DNA from: Octopus bimaculoides
Lineage: Eukaryota
Direction of reading: 5' to 3'
Assembly: GCF_001194135.2 (NCBI RefSeq)
Contig: NC_068992.1
Location: 55,184,562-55,220,198 of the forward strand
Length of the DNA: 35,637 nucleotides
Position 1 is the stretch's first letter. Each line of letters starts with the position of its first letter. Made by a program: the position numbers and the translations under genes. This document shows, in pieces, positions 25,570 through 35,637 of the stretch. Under the pieces are notes generated by a model. The model did no database searches. It was given only the letters and a program-made list of their open reading frames with translations, and was not told where the DNA came from.

Positions 25570-26296
25570 TCAAAGTTTCGATGTTGAAGTTTTTAGACTA
25601 CTGACTGGTCGTGATGTCATGTGAGAATCGAAAGAATCTGACCGCTGTCTGCGATAAATACCATCTCCTAATTTTGTGCAGAGGTAGCAAAGCGAAATGC
25701 GGAATTTCTTGCGAAAGTTCTGGCTAAATATACTATAAAGCACTGGATTTGCTGCCGAATTTATATATGACAGGCTTATAGAGAAAACTCTGTACGACCA
25801 AGTACTCTCGAATTTTTTAACAGCAAAGGTATTATAAAAGAGAAGAACTTGTGGTGGAAGATAGCTGAGCACATAAATAATTACACAAGCCATTAACATT
25901 TTCACAACTCCCCTCCTGGCTTTGACGGCTTCATGAGATTTTTCAGATTTACGATTATTTTCAGTTCGCATCTGGAATCGTGTTGTTAATTCTTTTGCGC
26001 TGACGAACAGTCGGCGGGCGATTATGGAATACAATACAATTTGTATGCCTATTGGAAAGTAAAAGTATAAGAAAGCTTCAGTGTATTTGTAGAGCACCCT
26101 GTACATTATGTCATAAGGTTTTGGAAACATCAGTGTGCAAAATATCAATTTCGAATGTCCAAACAAAAGACCATTGAAAATCACGGTTGGTAACCCGCAA
26201 ATGAGCGCTATTGGCCAGATACAAACTATTGTTAGGATAACTTTCTTCTTGCTGCAGAGAATATGAGCCTTGATGGGATATACAATGGCTATAAAT
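25570..26296 (-). CDS. Terminal coding exon of a class A (rhodopsin-like) GPCR, probably a neuropeptide receptor; encodes ICL2, TM4-TM7, helix 8 and C-tail (241 aa)
   Basis: Uninterrupted ORF. Starts (R)FIAIVYP, the end of the D/ERY motif. Contains hydrophobic TM4 (IWPIALICGLP), ECL2 Cys (IFC), TM5 (FYFP...LYSII), TM6 (VVKML...SYLP), TM7 NSAANPVLY (NPxxY) and helix 8 SQNFRKKF. Preceded on the minus strand by a pyrimidine-rich acceptor tttcttgtttctttttattttcAG. The exon is 727 bp = 1+242x3, consistent with a phase-2 intron in the Arg codon. Confidence 0.95.
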
Positions 26297-26323
26297 CTGA
26301 AAATAAAAAGAAACAAGAAACAT
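26297..26323 (-). promoter_or_regulatory. Splice acceptor and polypyrimidine tract of the GPCR terminal exon
   Basis: Minus strand reads atgtttcttgtttctttttattttcag directly before ATTTATAGCC. The ORF-track start MFLFIFR is intronic. Confidence 0.85.
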
Positions 26324-26529
26324 ATGTTACAAATTTAACATTTAATTAATAGTAATACATGATTCATTCGAAAATATTATGAAATCACACTCCACTACAA
26401 TTAAGACAAAACACATCAAGTCTTTTATACAACCCAATTCATTTCCTTTCTATGTGTTGCTAAATTTTCACGTGTAAATGAATGTGGTTTCGACAAAAAT
26501 GAACACGACTTACATATTTATTGCTACTT

Positions 26530-26545
26530 ATTATTATTATTGCTG

Positions 26546-26594
<49 letters not shown>

Positions 26595-26612
26595 GATTAT
26601 TATTATTATTAT
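26530..26612. repeat. (TAT)n microsatellite about 230 bp upstream of the GPCR acceptor
   Basis: Read directly. Confidence 0.95.
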
Positions 26613-26623
26613 TGAGTTAGACA

Positions 26624-26703
26624 GGTTACGGGGATGCAAACAAACCAACAGCTGATGTCAAGTCGCTATGGAGGACAACACACAAATACGCACGTACACA
26701 CAG

Positions 26704-26739
<36 letters not shown>

Positions 26740-26912
26740 TTATACGATAGGCTTCTTTCAACTTCTGTCTACCCGTCTACGAAATCCACTCAAAAGGCTT
26801 TCTACGGCACGGGGGATATAGTTGAATTGTAGAAGACACTTGTGCAGGGTGCCATAAATGGTAAACCGAACCTGTACCATGAGGTTGGGAATTAAATTTC
26901 TTATTATACAAT
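26624..26912 (-). mobile_element. SINE family B copy (tRNA head, CORE-like segment, internal (TG)n, tail segment)
   Basis: ggcttctttca..gtctac..aaatccactcaaaaggcttt..gtagaagacacttg matches 27935-28020. gttacggggatgcaaac..tgtcaag..ggacaa matches 31460-31520. Confidence 0.75.
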
Positions 26913-27620
26913 TATTCCTGTTCCTTATATTTTTATCAGACAGAGAAAACTAGTCAACATGTGCGGAAAATTGCTCGATAAAATCAGTATAACAACGGCA
27001 TTGATCCAGAACAATCACCCCGCTTACACAATAGCCTGTTTTCAGTTTCACTTGAATAATCCAAAACCTTCGAGTGACTAACTTCGCTTAAAATGGTTCG
27101 ATAATATAAACAAACACATTTACTTGTTATTTACTATAGGAATATTGGAGAACGTATGTAGTTGGCACCAGAAATATTGTTTTCATTCGTGTACAAGAGT
27201 ATATTCAGTGTGATACCCCATAGACGGCCTGATAGTATACAAATTTATATTACACAACAAAATTCATGGTAAAAATGAAAGACTTGTCTCGATGTTAATA
27301 TATTTTTTAAGTTACGGCAAATGAATAGCATATAGTTTAATAAGCTCTTGTTCAAAAAGAACATAATATGGTTTCACGATTGGAGTGGAGCTGAATACAG
27401 AAGTACAAGTATTGTTAACGGAAGTAGAACGGGACGCTTGTTGTCTATAGAAAGTGGATTCAACTGATAATAAGTCTGTGTCGTGATTAAGGATTTCTCA
27501 ATTGTCATGTTTAAACGCCTTTCAAATTGAATATTTACATAAATACTGAAACTTAGTTTCATACACACACAATCACATGTACATATAAGTATACGCAGAA
27601 ATATATATATATATATATAA

Positions 27621-27901
27621 TCTTTTACTCGTTTCACTCATTAGACTGCGGCCATGCCGCGACAGAGCCTTTCCTTAAAGCCTGGTACNNNNNNNNNNNN
27701 NNNNNNNNNNNNNNNNNNNNNNNNNNNNNNNNNNNNNNNNNNNNNNNNNNNNNNNNNNNNNNNNNNNNNNNNNNNNNNNNNNNNNNNNNNNNNNNNNNNN
27801 NNNNNNNNNNNNNNNNNNNNNNNNNNNNNNNNNNNNNNNNNNNNNNNNNNNNNNNNNNNNNNNNNNNNNNNNNNNNNNNNNNNNNNNNNNNNNNNNNNNN
27901 N

Positions 27902-27936
<35 letters not shown>

Positions 27937-28085
27937 ACGGGCTGCCTTCATTTTTCGTCTTCCAAATCCACTCACAAGCCTTTCGTCGGCCCGAGGCTAT
28001 ACTAGAAGAGATTTGCTCAAAATGACAGACAGTGGGAATGAACTCGGAGCCTATGACACAACGACGCCTGCATTTACTAGATGGG
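27621..28085 (-). mobile_element. SINE family B copy spanning an assembly gap (27689-27901)
   Basis: Tail tcttttactcgtttcactcattagactgcggccatgc at 27621 (same as 31361-31400). Head and body agacgggctgccttca..aaatccactcacaagcc..cggcccgaggctata..agtgggaatgaactcgg at 27935-28050. Confidence 0.75.
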
Positions 28086-28273
28086 ACTGGATTGCCCTAC
28101 GTTCAGTCCACTACATGGAGATCTCAGCTTGTTCTCTCAACTAGCCACAATCAGATGTATAGGCCGTGGTTTCGCGCTTGGCATCATACTAGTTTGATGA
28201 TCCTATCACAAACGCTTGACATAGCTGGGTAGAAAGGTATAGTATTTTATCCTCTTGCCCAAGAGCAGTTAAA

Positions 28274-28362
28274 TCGATTACATCGACCCCAGTGCTCGAC
28301 TGGCACTTATTTCATCGACGCCGAAAGGATGAAAGACGAAGTCGGCTTCAGCGGAATTTGAA
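28274..28362 (-). mobile_element. SINE family A central fragment
   Basis: tcgattacatcgaccccagtgctcgactggcacttatttcatcgacgccgaaaggatgaaagacgaagtcggcttcagcggaatttgaa is clearly homologous to 29820-29890 and 30020-30080. Confidence 0.85.
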
Positions 28363-28756
28363 ACCATGCTAACTCGTGTTCATTTTAGTAACGTATGTGT
28401 ATTTACTGTTAGGTTCTAAAATCACGACTTAGCTACCCATATTATATATGCATATTACTTTAATTAAAATATTCAAAATGATCTGATAAACTTGTCCCGC
28501 TTCGGTTTTGTTTTCCTTTTTAATACATGTATATACATACGCACATATATATTTCAAAATATATGCCTAGCATATCTATATATAGATATTTTATATCAAC
28601 ATATATCTATACAGATCTATGTACATGCATATATATGCGAGTGTCTGTCTGCTCAATCTTTTTGCCTCTTCCACATTCTCTCTCGCTCTCTGTCTCTCTC
28701 CCTCTGTATACATCGATAAATATGATGCAGATGGACGTTAAATAATGGTGTAATGA

Positions 28757-28835
<79 letters not shown>

Positions 28836-29769
28836 TTTTTGTGTGTGCAGTTAGAGATATAAAGCGAGAAGCCTTTACACGTATAAAATGTACGCGACTG
28901 CACAAGTGTTCGCGTGTGTCTTTGTCTTTGACTATAATGTATAAACTATGTAAAAACAATATATTTTGTTAGGGTATGTTATTCTTATTTGATAAAGCTT
29001 GAACAGAACATCGGATGAATGAAGATATGAGGATTCAATGAAGGAGGATAACTTAATAAGATCTATATATATTTGATTATAAAAACTGTATAAATTGTTG
29101 TTTCAGGTTATAGCGATAACGTGGAAGAGAACATGGTCTATAGATTATAAACATCGTGGAAATGTGTTCATGCCGATTTAGTACTAAGATCTTTCAGATG
29201 TGATATTGCTTTTCTTCTTTATCAAAATGCGAAATAGTTATACGTATATAATTCATGTATTGGCATGAATCCTTTTAATATACACTGCAATGGAAAGTTA
29301 GTGTTGTTTCTCACACTTTGTGCAGTCATTGTAGGAAAATGAAACCAGAGTCACGTATAAGATTTGCCAATATATTTAACTCTGTACGAACTATTCAACA
29401 TAACACAAGGTCAAAGGTTTGTGTGTATGAAGAAAGCGAAGAAGACATGATATTCATTCATGTGCTTCCGAAATTAATGAAACCGTTTCATTGCATTTTG
29501 GAAAATGAAAAAATATATATAGTGGATTCATTTGTTTTTGTAACGCAGCAAAAGAAATGTTGATATTTAATTATATCCACTGTTACGTCTGCTTGTGTTC
29601 TGAGTTCAATTGCTGCGCGAATTCACTTCCTATTTTCAGTCCCGAGTCAATTCCATAAGGATTGACGATTATAGAAAGGACTACAACTTTAAACACGATG
29701 TGTCTGTCTAGTCTTAGTCCACTGATTGAAATCAGCAAAAATTATACACTACAGCTCAAAATTTCAATA

Positions 29770-29896
29770 TTCTTTTCTACTCTAGGCACAAGGCCTGAAA
29801 TTTGGGGTCAAGGGACCGGTCGATTAGATCGACCCCAGTACGTAACTGGTACTTAATTTATCGATCCAGAATGGATGAAAGGCAAAGTCGATCTCA
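29770..29896 (-). mobile_element. SINE family A 3' half
   Basis: ttcttttctactctaggcacaaggcctgaaattt..gtcgattagatcgaccccagt..actggtacttaatttatcgat..ggatgaaaggcaaagtcga. Confidence 0.85.
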
Positions 29897-29938
29897 CCTC
29901 CTCAAAATTGCTGATTTTGTGTCAAAACTTGAAACAAA

Positions 29939-30157
29939 TATTGACTTCAAATTTTAGCACAAGTTCAACAATTTCAAGGGGAGAAGTTAAGGCGATTTCA
30001 TTGATCTTACTGTTCAGCTGCACTTATTTTTTCGATCCCGAGATGGATGAAAGGCAAAGTTGAGCTCAGTAGAATTTGAACTCAGAATGTAAAGACAGCA
30101 AAAATGCAACTAAGCATTTTTCCCGGCATGCTCACGATTCTGCTAACTCGCTACCTT
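29939..30157 (-). mobile_element. Full-length SINE family A copy with 14-bp target-site duplication
   Basis: Head aaggtagcgagttagcagaatcgtgagcatgccgggaaaaatgcttag on the minus strand. Flanked by identical AAACTTGAAACAAA at 29925-29938 and 30158-30171. Confidence 0.88.
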
Positions 30158-30991
30158 AAACTTGAAACAAACATAGTTTTAAATCTACCGGCTCAGTGAA
30201 AGTGATATCAGCAAAACGTTAAATTTAATATTTTGTAACGTTACTCTACGACTTGAATTATAATTATGCTAGATTCGACTTTGACATACTTCCTGCTCCC
30301 GTCAACTCCATTCACTAAATTCCTCTCTCCGTAATGTATGACATAGGAAACGTAATTATCATGTTATATTTAGCATTTACAGTAATAAATGTTGTTAACA
30401 GTTATTTGAGGTTGCCTTCAAGACACTCATTTAAAATCCGACATAGTTATGGTGGTGACAATTTCATAAGATTACTATAAAGGTGGTATCAAACTTCCAC
30501 CCTCAGAGGAGAACAGAGAAAGAAAATGCAAATTTTCAAGGAATAACAATTATTTCAATTGCATATATAATTCCAAGATTAACATCGAAAAACCTCAACA
30601 CTTATGTGAACAATGTTAATGAGAATGTTAGAAGCTAAATAGATAATGGTAATGTATACATTTGTGACTTCAACGACAACAATGTCAGCGTGAAAAGAGT
30701 GATGGGTGTTAACAGCGTTAATAAAACGGTAAATTGCCAGAATCTTTAGCGCGTGGGATAAAGTGCTTTGTAGTATTTTATTTTTAGTCTTTACGTTTTA
30801 TTTTCAAATCATAAATTTTCCTTTCGCCGCGGCAAAGCCGAAAAATAAGGGAAGATATAATAGTGTCAAGGTCGAGGTACAAAATTAGCTTTTCTCGAAA
30901 TTTCAGGTGTTTTGCTTGTTTGAGGTAAAAAAATAAATATGAAAGCGATGGACTGGCAGATCTCAAGTGTCAGAAAAAATGACACTTGAGT

Positions 30992-31095
30992 AGGTCGATT
31001 AGCCCGTCATACATCCGGATCGGAGAAATAAATACCAGCATAGCACTGCGGTCAATGTAATCAACTAGCCCACTTCCCCAAAACATTTCAGGCCC
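30992..31095 (+). mobile_element. SINE family A fragment in opposite orientation
   Basis: aggtcgatt..tcat..ccggatcg..aaataaataccag..gcactgcggtcaatgtaatcaact..atttcaggcc aligns to the reverse complement of 29770-29896. Confidence 0.7.
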
Positions 31096-31358
31096 GGTCA
31101 GGAAACGTTTTGCCTTCTGAATTAAAACCCCGTCAAGGTTAGCCTTGTCTTCCATCATTCCAGCATCGATAAACTATATCACCACTCAAATATTGTCTTC
31201 GAGAAGATTGCATTATAATCCCCTTACGCAAGAGCGGTTTTCTTGCGTTATGACTATTTTAATGATTGTATTAAAACTTGGCGAGCTATATAAACGACGC
31301 ATTCTCAGCCACTAGCTCCAATAATAAACTAGAGAACATATAGATATCAGTCAAGGCT

Positions 31359-31530
31359 ATCTTTTGCATGTTTCAGTCATTAGACTGCGGCCATGCTGGG
31401 ACCTTAAGTCGTTTAGTCGAAAAAATATCCTCCCATTACTTAGTATTTAAAGTAGGGTCGTAATTTATGGGGATATAAACAAAGTGACACCGGTTGTCAA
31501 GTGGTGGCAAAGGACAAACACAAATACATA
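31359..31530 (-). mobile_element. SINE family B 3' tail fragment
   Basis: atcttttgcatgtttcagtcattagactgcggccatgctggg..ggggatataaacaaa..caccggttgtcaag..ggacaaacaca, homologous to 27621-27660 and 26624-26690. Confidence 0.75.
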
Positions 31531-33280
31531 ACCACGCACACATAAGCATATATATATATATATATATATATANNNNNNNNNNATACACTCACATGCACAC
31601 ATTTATAATAATTGAATTATGTTTGTTGTGTATATTGTAATAAAACTGCAGCCAAGGTTACAAATATATGTATATTGAATATATAATAGTAACTTCTATT
31701 ACAGTTTTAATTTCATAAACTTTATATCGAAGTTTCAATTTATTAATATGTACCGTCAGCATTGAACCAGAGTATAAAATCTGGTTTAAACCTATCACCC
31801 TTAGAATACCTTTACTAAAAATAGAATATGTGAACATATATTAGAAACACACATTCTACACTTACAAAGAGAATATGCAAGAATTACATGAATATTTACT
31901 GTAGCATAGATGAAAGTATAGAATGAACTCGTAAATCGGAGCGAGCATAAGTGAAAGCTACTAAATATCACTAATAATATATTACAGACATTTAAATTAA
32001 AAGTTTCTTCTCATCATCATACTACATATATGTAATGAAATAAGTAAGCTATTAATGGCGAATGCAATTCATTAATCGCCTGGCAATCGTAAAAGCATTA
32101 AACTTCACGACTTCAATTGTCGATTTACCATGCACTTATAGTTAGGGGAAATTGCAATGCACTTCACTAGACAATAGGAAAATGAAGTAGGTAGTAAGGT
32201 ATTAGTTTCATTATTGAGATCACTTTTCCTGTCATGTTTAGTTTTACGCCAAAGATTCTTCCACAAATAATGTTTAATGATCGAATTAATACTCTAACAT
32301 AACGCAATGTTGAAGTAAATTCGTTGACAACCATGCAAACCGATAAATAAATGAATAACTAAAGTGTAGATGAAGTGAAAGTTCAACGGTCAAAATTTAA
32401 CTCATGAGAGCAACGTGTTTAATATTCACATTGACTCTGCATATATTAAAAAAGGCAGCAATATTCGTCGATATCGACTCATACTGCACATTGTAATTTT
32501 ACGAAGTTTGTGTAATATTTAGTTACTAGAAGAGATACCCGCTTCAAAATAATTTATCTGGTGTCGTTTATAATGAATTTAAAGATCACTGCAAGTAGCG
32601 TCAGATAATAAGATTATTCGAGCGGCTAGTAGGTAACTAATCTAAAGTTTGACCTCGAGTTCTATTGTCATGTATGATATTAAATGTATCTAATATGGTA
32701 TTTCTAGCGTTTACTTAAATATCATAGTTGTTGGTATATAGTTTTTGATTAATATTAAAGATGTCATTATGTCTAAGTTGTGTTTATGTTGTTTTATGAT
32801 GTTTTATTTCCTTTTGTAATTCGAACTTGTATAGTGGTACAAATTTGTATTATTGGTGTTTCTAAGTCTGTGAAAATCAATGACGACTTTGTTTTCATAC
32901 TCAAACCAGTTTTCCAATTTTTGCTTTCGAACGAACATGTCTTCCAATAAAAGATAATTATTTCATTGTCAGACAAGTATTGGTGAGTACGTTTCATGTA
33001 CAAATCTTTTCTACATGAGCTGCTCGTTCGTGAAGAATCAACACAAGCTTTTTTAACCACACTTCAGAGAATCAGTTAACTATGTATTACAATGGGTTCT
33101 AGCAAATATTTTGCCGATACTTACGGAATTTCTGAAGGCGAAAACGAATGCTTACAATCATAGTTTGAAACTATTTTCTTTTTCCTACCGACAATTATCG
33201 ATTTTGCAGATTCCTTCTTCGTGTATTAGCTTAGAATCCCTTGTAGAAAAAGCGAGAAGGGATGATCGGTTTGTTTCGAG

Positions 33281-33317
<37 letters not shown>

Positions 33318-33795
33318 NNNNNNNNNNNNNNNNNNNNNNNNNNNNNNNNNNNNNNNNNNNNNNNNNNNNNNNNNNNNNNNNNNNATAGATAGATAGATAG
33401 ATAGATAGATATACATAAAATAATTCTTACAATTCGCCAAGAAAGTACTGAGGAGAAAATTGCAAGAGATTCTCGCCTCACTTCTATTACTCCATTTGAA
33501 TACAAAATTTCTGAACCTACGCTTTGTCGTAACTAAATTGAATTTCTTTGCCACCACCACCACCACCACCACTACCATCTCTACCCAAGAAAAATTGTAC
33601 CTCGAAGGGTAGTGTTAATCTTGATTTTAAATCTCCTTCTTCACNNNNNNNNNNNNNNNNNNNNNNNNNNNNNNNNNNNNNNNNNNNNNNNNNNNNNNNN
33701 NNNNNNNNNNNNNNNNNNNNNNNNNNNNNNNNNNNNNNNNNNNNNNNNNNNNNNNNNNNNNNNNNNNNNNNNNNNNNNNNNNNNNNNNNNNNNNN

Positions 33796-33831
<36 letters not shown>

Positions 33832-34744
33832 TGACACCTACTCACTTATACACAAACACACATAAACCCGTACTGTGTCGGTAAGAATCTCACCGTATCA
33901 TGATTTGAGCATAATTAGAAAATGTTGGTTGTTCTACATTATGGTTCGAACTATATACCTTGAATGTTTGGTATATTGCTACGCTAATGTCGTGTGTTAT
34001 ATTAAACCTTTCATTTAAGTGAACGTGTCTTTAAAAATCTTCATGTCTCGTCGCAGAAATTTGGGACATTTTTGGATCACGTTACTTTTGCGTCTACTAT
34101 TGTGATTGAAAGTCTACTTATATACATATACTCTGGATATGCTTCCGGGCTTGTGAAAGGAGTTAACAACGATACAATGTGTTTATATCTTCGCTGTTAT
34201 CGTCATTATTTCAATTTTAGTGTAAAATCATTTATCATTTTTGGACGGCAGTTGTATATGTTGTATGATAATGTTTGCTTGAGTATTTTGATGGCTTTGT
34301 ACGAACATTACTTTTATGTGTTTAGAAACCTTGGTTGGGATAGATTTGTATCTACTTGGAGTATTAGGGGAAATAATTCCGTATCGAGAACAAATGGTTT
34401 GGCAGCAGTTAATCCGTGTTTCTCCAGTCTTCCCTGGAGACATCTCATATTTCAATACAGTAAGTTTTAAGTTGTATATTTAACTAGCTTCAAGACGTTT
34501 AGTATTTAAACGTCTGGCTGAAATTTCTCGTGGTTCGATTCTAGAGTTTAGTCATTAGCTTGTCTCGAGAAACTATTAATATACAAGAAGTAATTATTTT
34601 GAAAATAATTTCTGCTTCATACATTACATTGTAAGAAGTGCTGTATTGTGAAACCAATGAACACGAAAAGAACGAAAACAGGACAGTAGGGACACGTTTT
34701 AAGAAAGTTAATATTTGAACGTGTAAAAGAAAGGGATCCATTTA

Positions 34745-34781
<37 letters not shown>

Positions 34782-34869
34782 ACCCGCGCACGCATGCACA
34801 CACACACATATATAAAATCAAAATAAGCAACAGTACATCAAGTAGTAATGCAATATGACAGTTTCAAGA

Positions 34870-35637
34870 GGTTCCATTTAATTGAACAATGCATAAATAA
34901 ATTGAATTTTAACAAGTAGGACAGATTAACATAATTTTTTAATAAGTATTTTAAAAGAGTAAGAAGATGGAGGAAAGACATGTTGTCGCTATTGTAGCTA
35001 AGAATAGACTACAACTTCTAAGAATCGCATGGAGCATAGTGGGGTTATAGGGTTGTAAGTATTGTGATCCATTTCTAATCCATTTATCTCTATGTCATCT
35101 ACTAAATCTGAGACTAGAAGCCTGTGTCTATTTCAAATAAAGGACAAGAGTGAGTTGACTGCTCATGGCTATGTATGGTTATAGATATTATCCTAGGTAT
35201 CCCATAGAAGAAATGAGACATTAGGAGTAGTCAGTTAATAGGAGTAATTGTCTATAAAATCAGGAGTAGAGGTAGGCTTTAAATAATGATGTTTAATAAC
35301 CAGTTAAAGGGGAAAGTCACTAAGAAATCTAAGATGTTAATACAGGGGAAATTTTATTAGGGGCACTATGGGGGAATGTTTATAAGCAATATTGTTATGT
35401 GGTATAAAAATAAAATTTAAGAATTCCAAATTTGCTAAAAGGTGTGTATATCAATTATAAACATTAAAAAGGAAGATTACATAGAATCAGTTTAATATCC
35501 AATCATGTATTTAATTAATTAATTATTAGGTTGTTGATGGTTTCTATAAAGACTTCTCAAGGCATTTACATATAGAATAACTTGAAAGATATACATATAT
35601 CTATTAAATTATAATCCATGTATGAGAAAAGTGTAAA
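34870..35637 (-). mobile_element. Possible decayed non-LTR retroelement ORF end (L1/Tx1-like), tentative
   Basis: Microsatellite-free block with strand-biased composition. Minus-strand frames give ICKCLEKS/ETINNLIIN (weak C..C..ET..HL..C likeness) and FLLWDT*DNIYNHT*P*AVNSLLSFI*NRHRLL. Heavily interrupted. Confidence 0.25.

Noticed and set aside
30962-30990. Perfect 11-bp hairpin CTCAAGTGTCA-gaaaaaa-TGACACTTGAG
   Set aside because: It is isolated and short with no copies elsewhere in the window. It is not a terminator in a eukaryotic context.
34072-34741. ORFs of 132, 75 and 66 aa considered as the missing GPCR 5' exon
   Set aside because: There are no TM1 GN, TM2 LAxxD or TM3 motifs and no compatible phase-2 donor. 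The longest is on the wrong strand.

Overview
AT-rich, microsatellite-dense animal genomic DNA with 11 N-gaps, almost all flanked by simple repeats. The SINE families and repeat density suggest a coleoid cephalopod (Octopus-like); that assignment is inferred from memory. The only supportable host gene segment is the terminal coding exon (25570-26296, minus strand) of a class A, probably neuropeptide-type, GPCR covering TM4-TM7. Its upstream exon is not visible. The rest is intron or intergenic sequence with decayed mobile elements: a DD34D mariner, the 3' end of an R4/Dong-like retrotransposon with a restriction-like endonuclease, a CR1/L2-group LINE 3' end, a probable Penelope-like ORF fragment and about nine tRNA-type SINE copies. 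Most listed ORFs are microsatellite or gap artefacts. I found no intact novel multi-gene system. The best leads are a possibly (TACA)n-targeting R4-like element, a decayed hammerhead-like motif, a shared LINE/SINE tail, oppositely oriented SINEs in the GPCR intron and the receptor's non-canonical TM6 motif. All family assignments rest on remembered motifs, not database searches.
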